Assembly (NCBI GenBank): GCA_038087875.1
Contig: CM075993.1
Location: forward strand, 10,914,001-10,978,000
Direction: 5' to 3'
Length of the DNA: 64,000 bases
From: Malacoraja senta
Taxonomy: Eukaryota
In this document: positions 51,355 through 64,000 of the stretch, one piece after another
Layout of the letters: each line of letters opens with the position of its first letter
Position numbering within the stretch: position 1 is the stretch's first letter
Made by a program: the position numbers and the translations under genes
The notes under the pieces: model-generated
Told to the model about the DNA's origin: nothing
Database searches by the model: none
What the model saw: only the letters and a program-made list of their open reading frames with translations

Positions 51355-52810
51355 TACAAAAAGCTGGAGTAACTCAGCGGGACAGGCAGCATGTCTGGAG
51401 AGAAGGAATGGGTGATGTTTTGGGTCGAGACCCTTCTTCGGACTGGTTAGGGATAAGGGAAACGAGAGATATAGACGGTGATGTGGAGAGATAAAGAACA
51501 ATGAATGAAAGATATGCAAAAAGGTAATGATGATAAAGGAAACAGGCCATTGTTAGCTGTTTGTTGGGTGAAAATGAGAAGCTGGTGCAACTTGGGTGGG
51601 GGAGTGATAGAGAGAGAAGGAATGCCGGGGCTACCTGAAGTGAGAGAAATCAATATCCGAGCGAAATATGAGATGCTGTTCCTCCAATTTGTGTTTAGCC
51701 TCACTCTGACAATGGAGAAGACTGAGGACAGAAAGGTCAGTGTAGGTACACAAAAATGCTGGAGAAACTCAGCGGGTGCAGCAGCATCTATGGAGCGAAG
51801 GAAATAGGCAACGTTTCGGGCCGAAACCCTTCTTCAGACAAGGTCAGTGTAGGAATGGGAAGAGGAACTAAAGTGTCCAGAAACCGGGAGATCAGGTTGG
51901 GTCATGCGGGCTGAGCAAAGGTGTTCAGCAAAAAGATCGCCCAGTCCACATTGTGAACAACAGATACAGTAGATGAGGTTGGAGGAGATGCAAGTGAACC
52001 TGAAAGTACCTGTGGAGGGGGTGGTTTAGTTGGGAAGGTCCCGTTGGAGGTGGCAGAAATTTCGGAGGATTTTGCGTTTTACGCGACGGCTGATGGGGTG
52101 GAAGGTAAGGACTAGGGGGACTCTGTCTCCATTGCAACTAGAGGGAGGAGGAGCAAGAGCAAGGCTGTGGGGTACCGAGGAGACACGAGTGAGGGCCTCA
52201 TCTAAGATGGGAGAGGTGAACCCCCGTTCCATAAAGAATGAGGACATCTTGGATGTTCTGGTATGGAACACCTCATCGTGGGCGCAGATGCGGCGTAGAC
52301 GGAGGAATTGGGAGTAGGGGATAGTCTTTGCAGGAACACTACCCTACACACACACTGGCATTATGTCCTCGGTCCCCTCCATTGTCAGAGTGAGGCAAAA
52401 CACAAATTGGAGGAACAGCATCTCATTTTTCGCGTGGGCAGCTTACATCCCAGTGGTATGAATATTGATTTCTCTCACTAGAGATAGCCCCGGCATTCCC
52501 TCTCTCTCTCTATCCCTCCCCCACCCAAGTCACACCAGCTTCTCATTTTCATCCTACAAACAGCTTACAATGGCCTGTTTCCTTTATCATCGTTAATTTT
52601 GTTGCATATCTTTCATTCATTGTTCTTTATCTCTCCACATCACCGTCTATATCTCTCGTTTCCCTTATCCCTAACCAGTCTGAAGAAGGGTTCCAACCCG
52701 AAACGTCACCCATTCCTTCTCTCCAGAGATGCTGCCTGTCCCGTTGAATTACTTCAGCTTTTTGTGTCTATCTTCAGTTTAAATCAGCATCTGCAGTTCT
52801 TACTTACACG
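51355..52810 (-). mobile_element. 5'-truncated Penelope-like element (family A) with inverted pseudo-LTR
   Basis: Minus-strand FFMERGF..RVPLVLTFHP..ILRNF..LQRD plus GIY-YIG remnants; 51355-51730 is mirrored by 52365-52770. Confidence 0.85.
51747..51839 (-). mobile_element. 93-bp family-B hammerhead mini-element
   Basis: 14-bp TSD aaggtcagtgtagg (51733-51746, 51840-51853); begins at gtCTGAAGA. Confidence 0.88.
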
Positions 52811-54749
52811 CTTAATTCTACCTCATTCGGTTCTTCTAGTTTAGTTTAGTTTACTTTCGAGATTTAGAGATACAGCGCAGAAACAGGCCATTGGGCCCAC
52901 CGAGTCATCACCGACCAGCGATCCCCGCACACTGACACAACCCTACACACACACTAGGGACAATTTACAATCTTTACCGAAGCCAATTAACCTACAAATC
53001 TGTACGTCTTTTGAGTATGGGCGGAAACCGGAGCACACGGGGAAAAGCCACGCAGTCACGGGGAGAACGTACAAACTCCGTACAGACAGCACCGTAGTCA
53101 GGATCAATCCTGGGTCTCTGACACTGTATGGCAGCAACCCTACTGCTGCGCCACCTTCTACTGCTGTACTGCAATATTTTTTGCACTTCATATTGCACTA
53201 TGGTCTTGCACCATTCTGCTGTTTCGCATTCCTCAATGCATTTATTATTGCACTGTGTATACTGTTTGTTCTCTGAGATTCATTCAAACAAGGAATTTTA
53301 TTGCACCTTGGTGAATATGACAATAAACTAATTTGAATGCATGAGTTGCCCTCATCTACTCCGAGGCTACATCCTTATTGAACTGCAAACACAATATCCT
53401 TTTCATATGTTGAATCTGCTCACTCTTATAATTTTCCAAGTGTTAGATATGACATTCAGTATTATAGACCAGCATTTTCTCAGGTATTGATCTGTCTAAA
53501 AGGTCGGCAGTGCATGGTTTTATTTTTAGACTTTGGCCGTCAGTGATACTGCGTGGAAACAGGCCCTTCGGCCCACCGCATACCATTGGAGTGTGGGAGG
53601 AAACTGGAGCACCCGGAGAAAACGTCATGGTCACTGGGAGAACGTAAAACTCCGTAGAGACAGCAGCCGTCGCTAGGATTGAACCTGGGCCTCCAACGCT
53701 GTGAGGCAGCAACTGTACCGCTGTGCTTCAATCTCCAAGAGCCATTCCATAATCTTTCGAATTTCATAAGACAGGAACGTAAGCATTTTGTCTGTGGCTA
53801 CCTCTTCCAAATCTCTGGTGAGTGGCTCATCATCTCTTTGGGATCAATTTCCAGCCTCATTCAGTAGTAGAAACAAGGAACTGCAGATGTGCAGAAAAAA
53901 TAACTAGATGCTGGTTTAAACCGAAGGTAGACACAAAATGCTGGAGTAACTCAGCGGGACAGGCAGCGTCTCTGGAGAGAGGGAATGGATGACGTTTCGG
54001 GTCGAGACCCTTCTTCAGACTCAGAACTGCAGATGTTGGTTTACACAAAAGCCCCAAATACAGATTAACTCAGTAAGTTAGGCAGCACAGATAGGTGACA
54101 ATTTGGGTCGGGCCACTTCTTCAGATAGGAATCATCTCCAGTCCGAAGAAGGGTACGGTCCTGAAACGGTACCTATCCATGTCCTTCAGAGATGCTGCCT
54201 GGCCCGCTGAGTTACTCCAGCACTTTGTGTCCTTTCAGGCTCATTAACCTCCATAAGCATTTCTTTACTAATGCTTATTTATTGTCCCTTCTCATTTCCA
54301 CTGGAGGAAGCTGGGAGTTCATGGGGAGCCCAGGTGGAACGGCAAGATGAAGATTAGCAGGGTGAGGTGTACGTTACCAATGTCAGTCCCTCAGTGTAGG
54401 AGACAATTCCCAGAGTTAACAAAGGGCGTGTACTTCAGAAAGGTGAACATGGTGCCAGAGAATTTCAGCACACACAGTTCAAGAGTCAAGAGTGTTTTCT
54501 TGTCAGATGCCCCAAACAGAACAATGACAACAGAATATGTAAACATAGTAATCTGTCGCGCACGCGCACACGCACGCACACGCACACGCACACGCACATA
54601 TTTATTTAATAGCCCGATGGCTGCAGGGAAGAAACAGCTCCTGATCCTGGACATTAGAACATAGGTGCAGGAGTAGGCCATTCGGCCCTTCGAGCCTGCA
54701 CCGCCATTCAATATGATCATGGCTGATCATCCAACTCAGTATCCTGTAC

Positions 54750-57700
54750 CTGCCTTCTCTCCATACCCCCTGATCCCTTTAGCCACAAGGGCCACATCTA
54801 ACTCCCTCTTAAATACAGCCAATGAACTGGCCTCAACTACCTTCTGTAGCAGAGAATTCCAGAGATTCACCACTCTGTGTGAAAAATGTTTTCCTCATCT
54901 CAGTCCTAAAAGATTTCCCCCTCATCCTTAAACTGTGACCCCTTGTTCTGGACTTCCCCAACATCGGGAACAATCTTCCTGCATCTAGCCTGTGCAACCC
55001 CTTAAGAATTTTGTATGTTTCTATAAGATCCCCCCTCAATCTTCTAAATTCTAGCGAGTACAAGCCGAGTCTATCCAGCCTTTCTTCATATGAAAGTCCT
55101 GACATCCCAGGAATCAGTCTGGTGAACCTTCTCTGTACTCCCTCTGTGGCAAGAATGTCTCTCCTCAGATTAGGAGACCAAAACTGTACGCAATACTCCA
55201 GGTGTGGTCTCACCAAGACCCTGTACAACTGCAGTAGAACCTCCCTGCTCCTATACTCAAATCCTTTTGCTATGAATGCTAACATACCATTCGCTTTCTT
55301 CACTGCCTGCTGCACCTGCATGCCTACTTTTAATGACTGGTGTACCATGACACCCAGGTCTCGTTGCATCTCCCCTTTTCCTAATCGGCCACCATTGAGA
55401 TAATAGTCTACTTTCCTTTTTTTTGCCACCAAAGTGGATAACCTCACATTTATCCACATTATACTGGATCTGCCATACATTTGCCCACTCACCCAGCCTA
55501 TCCAAGTCACCTTGCAGCCTCCGAGCATCCTCCTCACAGCTAACACTGCCCCCCAGCTTCGTGTCATCCGCAAACTTGGAGATGTTGCATTCAATTCCCT
55601 CGTCCAAATCATTAATATATATCGTAAATAGCTGGGGTCCCAGCACTGAGCCTTGCGGTACCCCACTAGTCACTGCCTGCCATTGTGAAAAGGACCCGTT
55701 TACTCCTACTCTTTGCTTCCTGTCTGCCAGCCAGTTCTCTATCCACATCAATACTGAACCCCCAATACTGTGTGCTTTAAGTTTGTATACTAATCTCTTA
55801 TGTGGGACCTTGTCGAAAGCCTTCTGAAAGTCCAGATATAACACATCCACTGGTTCTCCCTTATCCACTCGACTAGTTACATCCTCGAAAAATTCTATAA
55901 GATTCATCAGACATGATTTACCTTTCATAAATCCATGCTGACTTTGCCCAATGATTTCACCACTTTCCAAATGTGCTGGTATCCCATCTTTAATAACTGA
56001 TTCTAGCAGTTTCCCCATTACCGACGTTAGACTAACTGGTCTGTAATTCCCCGTTTTCTCTCTCCCTCCCTTTTTAAAAAGTGGGGTTACATTAGCTACC
56101 CATCCAATCCTCAGGAACTACTCCAGAATCTAAAGAGTTTTGAAAAATTATCACTAATGCATCCACTATTTCTGGGGCTACTTCCTTAAGTACTCTGGGA
56201 TGCAGCCTATCTGGCCCTGGGGATTTATCGGCCTTTAATCCATTCAATTTACCTAACACCACTTCCCGGCTAACCTGGATTTCACTCAGTTCCTCCATCT
56301 CATTTGACCCCCGGTCCCCTGCTATTTCCGGCAGGTTATTTATGTCTTCCTTAGTGAACACAGAACCAAAGTAGTTATTCAATTGGTCTGCCATGTCCTT
56401 GTTCCCCATGATCAATTCACCTGTTTCTGTCTGCAAGGGACCTACATTTGTTTTAACTAATCTTTTTCTCTTCACATATCTATAAAAGCTTTTGCAGTCA
56501 GTTTTTATGTTCCCTGCCAGTTTTCTTTCATAATCTATTTTCCCTTTCCTAATTAAGCCCTTTGTCCTCCTCTGCTGGACTCTGAATTTCTCCCAGTCCT
56601 CTGGTAGGCTGCTTTTTCTGGCTAATTTGTACACTTCATCTTTTGTTTTGATACTATCCCTGATTTCCCTTGTTATCCATGGATGTACTACCTTCCCTGA
56701 TTTATTTTTTTGCCAAACTGGGATGAACAATTGTTGTAGTTCATCCATGCAGTCTTTAAATGCCTTCCATTGCATATCTACCGTCAACCCATTAAGAATC
56801 AATTGCCAGTCTATCTTGGCCAATTTACTTCTCATACCCTCAAAGTTACCTTAAGTTCAGGACCCTTGTTTCTGAATTAACAATGTCACTCTCTATCGTA
56901 ATGAAGAACTCAACCATATTATGGTCACTCTTGCCCAAGGGGCCACGCACAACAAGACTGCTAACTAACCCTTCCTCATTACTCAATACCCAATCTAGAA
57001 TAGCCTGCTCTTTCGTTGGTTCCTCTACATGTTGGTTTAGAAAACTATCCCGCATACATTCCAAGAAATCCTCTTCCTCAGCACCCTTGCCAATTTGATT
57101 CACCAAATCTATATGTAGATTGAAGTCACCCATTATAACTGTTTTACCTTTGTTGCACGCATTTCTAATTTCCTGTTTGATGCCATCCCCAACTCCACTA
57201 CTACTGTAGGTGGCCTGTACACAACTCCCACTAGCTTTTTCTGCCCCTTAGTGTTTCGCAGCTCTACCCATATCGATTCCACATCCTCCAAGCTAATGTC
57301 CTTCCTTTCTATTGCGTTAATCTGCTCTCTAACCAGCAAAGCTACCCCACCTCCTTTCCCTTTCTGTCTATCGCTCCTGAATATTGAATATTCCTGGATG
57401 TTCAGCTCGCAGCCTTGGTTACCCTGGAGCCATGTCTCCGTGATCCCAACTATATCATAGTCATTAATAGCTATTTGCACATTCAACTCATCCACCTTAT
57501 TACGAATGCTCCTTGCATTGAGACACAAAACCTTTCGGCTTGTTTTTACAACACTCTTACCCCTTATACAATTATGTTGAAAAGTGGCCCTTTTTGATTT
57601 TTGCCCTGGATTTGTCTGCCTGACACTTTTACTTTTCACCCTGCTACCTATTGCTTCTACCCTCATTTTACACCCCTCTGTCTGTACGCTCACACATTTA

Positions 57701-57822
57701 AGAAACCCTTTCCCTTTAACTCCATCCTCAACTATCCCATTCGACACCCCACCCCCCTTAATCAGTTTAAAACCACCCGTGTAGCAGTGGCAAACCTGCC
57801 TGCCAGAATGCTGGTCCCCCAC
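54750..57822 (-). pseudogene. CR1 ORF2 (APE endonuclease plus reverse transcriptase), frameshifted
   Basis: CLNARSIRNK, VGITETWL, GDFN, SDH; KSPGPD, DFQKAFDKV, PQGSVLGP, KFADD. Confidence 0.92.
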
Positions 57823-58445
57823 CTGTTAAGATGCAATCCGTCCCTTTTGTACAGTTCCCCCTTACTCCAAAACATATCACAGTGATCTAAGAATCTAAAT
57901 CCCTGCCCCATGCACCAGTTCCTCAGCCACACATTCAGGTCCCGTATCTCCCTGTTCCTGCTCTCGCCAGCACGAGGAACTGGAAGCAAACCGGAGATAA
58001 CAACCCTGGAGGTCCTGCTTTTCAGCATTTTTCCGAGCTCTCTAAAGTCACGCTGCAGAATATTCATCCCCTTCTTTCCGACATCGTTTGTGCCGACATG
58101 CACTACCACTTCCGTCTGTTCACCTTCGCCCTTGAGGATTTTCTGCACTCTGTCTGTGACATCCTGGATCCTAGCACCAGGAAGGCAGCACACCATCCTC
58201 GAATCCCGTCTGTTGCCGCAGAAACCCCTGTCCGTACCTCTCACAATGGAGTATCCCACTACAATGGCATTGCCTGACTTTGGCCTTTTTGGTTTTGGCT
58301 CAACAGCCCTATTCGCATCGCAAGCCTGTCTGCCGCTCAGTGTTAAAACATCTTCTGTCCCGACAGCTTCTAAGTGGGTGAACCTGTTCACAAGAGGTAC
58401 AACACCCGGGGACGTTTGCATTCCATGCTTCTCTCCCTTTCTCAC
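57762..58445 (-). CDS. CR1 ORF1, SGNH/GDSL esterase-like
   Basis: VVGYSIVRG (normally GDS), LPGA, HVGTND and DGLHLN blocks. Confidence 0.85.
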   Translation of the reverse strand: MRKGEKHGMQTSPGVVPLVNRFTHLEAVGTEDVLTLSGRQACDANRAVEPKPKRPKSGNAIVVGYSIVRGTDRGFCGNRRDSRMVCCLPGARIQDVTDRVQKILKGEGEQTEVVVHVGTNDVGKKGMNILQRDFRELGKMLKSRTSRVVISGLLPVPRAGESRNREIRDLNVWLRNWCMGQGFRFLDHCDMFWSKGELYKRDGLHLNRWGTSILAGRFATATRVVLN

Positions 58446-58634
58446 CGTCTCCCACCTTCTCTCTCCCTCTGCAGTGTTTTGCGTAGCCTCCTCTCCTCAG
58501 CCTCTCGAGCCAAAGACTCACACTTCCCTCACTGCCGCTCCCTAAGAGCAGTCTTGCTTATATTGACTGATAAATTGCCTAATTTACCAATTTACAATCC
58601 AAATTCCTCAGTTTTCAACTGTTTTCCCCACTTT

Positions 58635-60176
58635 TTTTTTTTATTTTTTTTTATTTTTTTTTTATTTATTTTTTTTTTAATTTTTTTTTATTTTTTTTAT
58701 TTTTTAGAAGTACGGTAGATTACAGTAATGTACAACACGTATATATTAATACATTTTTTGTACCGCTTCACTTTTTTAAACTTTAAGAAAGAAAAAGAAA
58801 GAAGTAAGAAAAGTGAAGAAAGTGCACAAAGGTTGTGAAGTGCAAAAGAGTGTTGGGAAAAGAAAGCCCCTTAGAAAAGAAGTTAGAGAAGGAAGTAAAG
58901 TTAGAAAATAGACCCTAGAGAAAAAAAGAGAAAGAAAGAAGGAACAATCGCTCTATTATAATTCTTATACCATACTTCATAGAGAAGGAACTACCAACCA
59001 AGTCTGTTTTTATTTTACCTCCCATTACCAGGTCCAGATACCTTTTATTTATTTATTTGTTTTTCTAAATTACTATTGCACCTCATGCTTGTAATAGGTC
59101 CAAAAACGTAGACCACGTCTTTTGAAATTGATCTACTTTGCCTACTAGGAGGAATCTCATCTCTTCCAGATGTAATGTTTCCAACATATTTGATGTCCAC
59201 ATTTTTATTGTTGGTGTGGGCGCATTTTTCCAGAATTTAAGTATAAGCTTTTTTCCCATTATTAGCCCATAATTGAGTAAATTCTTCTGATACACGTTTA
59301 ATTCAGGAATACCTTCCGATATTCCAAAAATAATCCATTCTGGTTTTGGTACCAGTTTTATTTTGATTAATTTTGAAAAAATATCAAATATTTCAAACCA
59401 GAATTTTTGGATTTTTGTACAAAAAACAAAAGAATGTGCTATGGTAGCTTCTTGACATATACATTTATCACAGATTGGTGAGACGTTAGGAAAGATTTTA
59501 TTTAGTTTGGTTTTTGAATAATATAATCTATGTAATGTTTTAAATTGGATAAGCGTATGTCGTACGTTGATCGAGCATTTATGCACCTGTAATAAATGAT
59601 TATCCCAACTCTCTTTTGAAATTTTTATACCTAGATCTTGTTCCCAATCTCTTCTAATTCCATCTGTTGTGGGTATTTCTATATTTAAGATGATATTATA
59701 TAAGTATGATATTAAATTAACTGATTCCGCCTTTGTCTTCATTGCTTCATCTAGTAAGTCGGAAGGCATATTATAATAATCTTTTGTGTGTGTTTTCAAA
59801 TAGTCACAGATTTGTAGATATTTAAAATATTGATTATTTTTCAAATTATATTTCAGTTGTAGTTGTTGGAATGATAGTAATTTTTCTAATTCATACAGAT
59901 CTGCGAGCGTTTTAATTCCCATTCTTTCCCATTGTATAAATGCTTTATCTATGATTGAAGGTTTAAACGATGGGTTATTGACTATTGGTATTAAGAGAGA
60001 TAGGTTTCTTAATTTTAGATTCTGTTTTATTTGCTTCCATGTTCTAATAGTGCTATATATAATTGGATTTTTATTATAATTTTTATTATTCAAATTTATT
60101 GGAGAGAGAATAATCGCTCCTATATTATTCGGGGAGCAATCCCCTTTTTCCATTATAATCCAGTCCACCTGCTGGG
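58635..60176 (-). mobile_element. 5'-truncated L1 with an open ORF2 C-terminus (ORF 59083-60195)
   Basis: Poly-A tail, CDKC..H..C motif, 14-bp TSD gttttccccacttt (58621-58634, 60177-60190). Confidence 0.92.
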
Positions 60177-60668
60177 GTTTTCCCCACTTTGACACTTCTC
60201 TCCTCCCTCTTGAGCTAGAGCTAATCAGTGTTTTCTCTTGCTAATCTTCTCCTGCTGTTGCTTCCAAATCTACAGCAGCTCTGAGTAAAGTCTGCCTGTG
60301 CTTTGCCTCTCCTTTCCAACTGTTTTCCCCCCTCTGACTCACTTCTCTCCTCCCTCTTGGGCTAGAGCCAATCAGTGTTTTCTCTTGCTAATCTTCTCCT
60401 GCTGTTGCTTCCAAATCTACAGCATCTCTGAGTTTTCAGGCTCTTGTACCTTCTTCCTGATTGCAGGAGTGAAATGAGTGTGTGGCCAGGGTGGTGGGGG
60501 TCTCTGATGATGCCGGCTGCCTTTATGAGGCAGTGTGTCCGGCAAATCCCTTCGATGGTGCGGAGGTCAGAACCCATGAAGGACTGGTCAGTGTTCACAA
60601 CTTTTTGTAGTCTTCTTTGCTCCTGGGCGTTCAAGTTGCCGAACCAGGCCATGATGCAACCAGTCAAT

Positions 60669-61301
60669 TCCCTCTCTACATTGGGGACCTGGGGTGGAGG
60701 GTATTGCACCGAGGAGTCCCCTGCAACCTGTTTCTCTCACGGTTCACAGACTCGCCAGCCGCCTGCCACTTTTGCGGGCTAGAAGAGTCTGTGTACCACA
60801 TGTACATGGAGTGCGTGAGGCTGCAGCCACTGTTTGAATACCTAAAGGGGCTGCTCCTTGCCTTCTGGCTGCACTTCACACCCACCATCCTCATCTTTGG
60901 ACACCCTGTGCGTAGGGGAGGGGGTAGGGCTGAAGATGTCCTGGTTGGGTTGCTCAGGGGCCTGGCCAAGCTGGCCATCCATGAGTCATGGCGCCGGGCG
61001 TTGGAGGACTTTACCCGAGCCGGCTGCCTGCCCCTTTTCCGGGGTTTTGTCCGTGCCCGGGTGGGGTTAGAAAGGGAATACACCCTGTCCACGGGTACCC
61101 TGGGGGAGTTCCGGGACCGCTGGGCTCCGCAGGGTGTTGAATGTATCCTCAATAAGGATTGTATCATAGTTGTACAGTAGGTTATTAAGGATATTTGTTT
61201 GTATTGTATTATGGTGGTGGGTTCTGGCTTGTTTTATTGTAGTGTCATATTGTTTTTTTAATAATTGAATACATTTTTTGAATTTAAAAAATTTAAAAAA
61301 A
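60669..61301 (+). mobile_element. Tx1-like L1-clade 3' fragment inserted in a Rex1 remnant
   Basis: GDLGWRVLH..CHFCGLEESVYHMYMEC; A-rich tail; 16-bp TSD gatgcaaccaStcaat (60653-60668, 61302-61317). Confidence 0.85.
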
Positions 61302-61394
61302 GATGCAACCACTCAATATGCTCTCTACTGTGCACCTGTAGAAATTCAAGAGAATCCACTCTGACGTACCGAATCTACAACAATATTCTCATTG

Positions 61395-61932
61395 CGTACA
61401 GTTTTGGTCTCCTAATCTGAGGAAAGACGTTCTTGCCATAGAGGGAGTACAGAGAAGGTTCACCAGACTGTTTCCTGGGATGGCAGGACTTTCATATGAA
61501 GAAAGACTGGATAGACTCGGCTTGCACTCGCTAGAATTTAGAAGATTGAGGGGGGATCTTATAGAAACTTACAAAATTCTTAAGGGGTTGGACAGGCTAG
61601 ATGCAGGAAGATTGTTCCCGATGTTGGGGAAGTCCAGAACAAGGGGTCACAGTTTAAGGATAAGGGGGAAGTCTTTTAGGACCGAGATGAGAATTTGTTT
61701 TTTCACACAGAGAGTGGTGAATCTGTGGAATTCTCTGCCACAGTAAGTAGTTGAGGCCAGTTCATTGGCTATATTTAAGAGGGAGTTAGATGTGGTCTTT
61801 GTGGCTAAAGGGATCAGGGGGTATGGAGAGAACAGGTACAGGACACTGAGTTGGACGATCAGCCATGATCATATTGAATGGCGATGCAGGCTCGAAGGGC
61901 TGAATGGCCTACTCCTGCACCTATTTTCTATG
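61395..61932 (+). mobile_element. CR1 3' fragment
   Basis: Same family as 1-297 and the 3' end of the long CR1. Confidence 0.9.
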
Positions 61933-62796
61933 TATCTTAGAGATGCTGATGGGCTATCATTATAATTGCATCATATTCAGCACTTGGATTGAGTGGAATG
62001 GTGTATTTTGGTGAGCTGTGGATTAACAGTGAGATTGCGTATATTAGAAAACCAAGGGATAATGTTGAGATAGTGTCTCAGAAATCCCAGATTTAACAGG
62101 GAGTCAGGGAAAGTTAGGAAGGCTTGGGATAGCAGTGAGCCAGTGTGCGGCATTCAGCCCGATTGCTGAGTGATGGAGGTATTATAGGACACTGGTCCTA
62201 CATTACAGGACACAGACCCTATTGACGTCATTAACAAAGTGCAAATCGAGAGAGGTTGGTGCTGAATGTATTGGAATCGTTAAGTTGGGTGGCACGGTGG
62301 AATTGCTGCCTTACGACGCCAGAGATCCTGGTTCAATTCTGACTAATTCTGCTGTCTGTACGAAGTTTGTACATTCTCGCTGTGACTGCGTTGGTTTTCT
62401 CCAGGTGCTCCGGTTTCCTCCAACACTTCAAAGACATGCAGCTTCGTAGGTTAATTGGCTTTGGTAAAATTGTAAATCGTCCCCAGTGTGTAAGGTAGTG
62501 AGTGCTAGCGTATGGGGCGATTGCTGGTCGGCGCGGACTCAGTGGGCCTGTTTCCGTAAAGTCTCTAAAGTCTAAAATCTTAAACTTAACAATGGTGCAG
62601 ATGAGGAACGGTGTGAGAAAGGATGGAGCCAGGTGTTGTTGCAGTGGATGTAAACAGTCATCATGGGAATGAGGTCCACAGGTCGCTCAGGGCTCAAGTC
62701 TGACACCACTTGGTTTGTTTTCAACAGGTTGGCATGAGGAGTCTATGAGATATTGGCTTGGGGATTGAGTATTGATAAAACTGATGACTTCACATT

Positions 62797-63113
62797 AGCC
62801 CTGTCCTACTGTATGAGTTCATTCAAGAGCTCTCCCGAGTTTAAAGAAAAAATCAAACTCGTGGTAAGCACGGAGAATGTACGTAGCGGGTACATCGGAG
62901 CTCGAGGACGTCTCTTAGCAGCTCGTAACGCTAACGGCAGGTACTCTGGAAACGCGGTAAGCTTGGGAAGACTCATGAAGATTTTTCAACATGTTGAAAA
63001 ATGTCCACGCGAGCCCCGAGTACTTACGAGCGGCCATTACCATAAATCTCCAAGCTCGAATCGGGCCAACCTCCGGAGAATTCTTGAATGAACTCGTACA
63101 GTGGGACAGGGCT
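62797..63113. mobile_element. PIF/Harbinger-like MITE, same family as 1828-2147
   Basis: AGCCCTGTCC...GGACAGGGCT termini; same internal 22-bp palindrome. Confidence 0.85.
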
Positions 63114-63260
63114 TTAGTTTGGAGGAATGTCAACACATTCTTTGCTGGATTTAGACATTCTGTCAATTGACACATTTTTAACATAATGATGCAGTAGCCC
63201 AGAGGCCTGAACTACTGTCTGCCTCATTGGAGACTCGCAGACTATCTTTGATCAGATTTT

Positions 63261-63654
63261 TTTTTTTTTTTTAAATTTTATTAGAAGTAAGTACAATTGT
63301 ATACAATCATATTTTCATAATACCTTTTATGTACAGCCTCTTATTTAAAATTTTTTTTGAAATAAAGAAGAAAAAGAAAAAAGTTAGATAATGAAAAATA
63401 GAAAAATGTGAGATATATAGTGTGTGAAAAAGAAAAATAAAGAATGAAAAAAGAAAGTTGAGACATAGAAAATAGAAGAAAGAGAATAAAAGAAAAGAAG
63501 AGAAGAAAAGAAAATAGAAGGAGATCATTTATAATCTTGACCATCCGCAGTCACGGATTAGCTTTTACACCTGTTTTGCACCATACGTTTCCAAAAAGAT
63601 GACAAATGGAGACCAACTCGTTATGAATTGGTCAAATTTATCTATTAGGAGGAA
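63261..63654 (-). mobile_element. Short L1 3' insertion
   Basis: Poly-T on the plus strand; 17-bp TSD atctttgatcagatttt (63244-63260, 63655-63671). Confidence 0.88.
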
Positions 63655-64000
63655 ATCTTTGATCAGATTTTATTGGCAGTATCTCGCACTAAACATTATT
63701 CATAGAAAACATAGAAACATAGAAAATAGGTGCCGGAGGAGGCCATTCGGCCCTTCGAGCCAGCACCGCCATTCATTGTGATCGTGGCTGATCGTCCCCG
63801 ATCAATAACCCGTGCCTGCCTTCTCCCCATATCCCTTGATTCCACCAGCCCCTAGAGCTCTAGCATTATTCGCATTATTCCCTTTATCATGTATCTGCAC
63901 ACTGTGGAGGGCTCGATTGTAATCATGTATTGTCTTTCTGCTGACTGGTTAGCTCGCAACAAATGTTTTTCACTGTACCTCGGTACACGTGATAATAATC

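Larger units (their letters stand above)
54655..60433 (-). mobile_element. Near-full-length CR1 LINE (5' UTR split by an L1)
   Basis: Collinear ORF1 (esterase), endonuclease, RT, 3' UTR; several frameshifts. Confidence 0.92.

Overview
Repeat-saturated, apparently non-genic (intergenic or intronic) vertebrate DNA. The repeat content (HE1-type V-domain tRNA-SINEs with CR1-derived tails, abundant CR1, Rex1/Babar, L1, Tx1, RTE and Penelope pieces) points to a cartilaginous fish (inference). No host protein-coding gene can be supported; every long ORF is transposon-derived or a simple-repeat artefact. Main contents: a near-full-length CR1 with an esterase ORF1, split by an L1 insertion; a young Rex1/Babar copy with a 228-bp fold-back at its 5' end; hAT-like and PIF/Harbinger-like MITEs with target-site duplications (TSDs); two solo LTRs; a degenerate tRNA-Phe; and several short unique, homeobox-motif-rich islands that may be enhancers. 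The strongest signal is more than 20 copies of a minimal hammerhead-ribozyme-like motif (CTGAAGA-A-stem-GAAAC-GTY) in two sequence families. Both families are tied to Penelope GIY-YIG 3' ends, and family B also occurs as 90-190 bp mini-insertions with 13-16 bp TSDs. All coordinates were read by eye; diffuse repeat boundaries are approximate.
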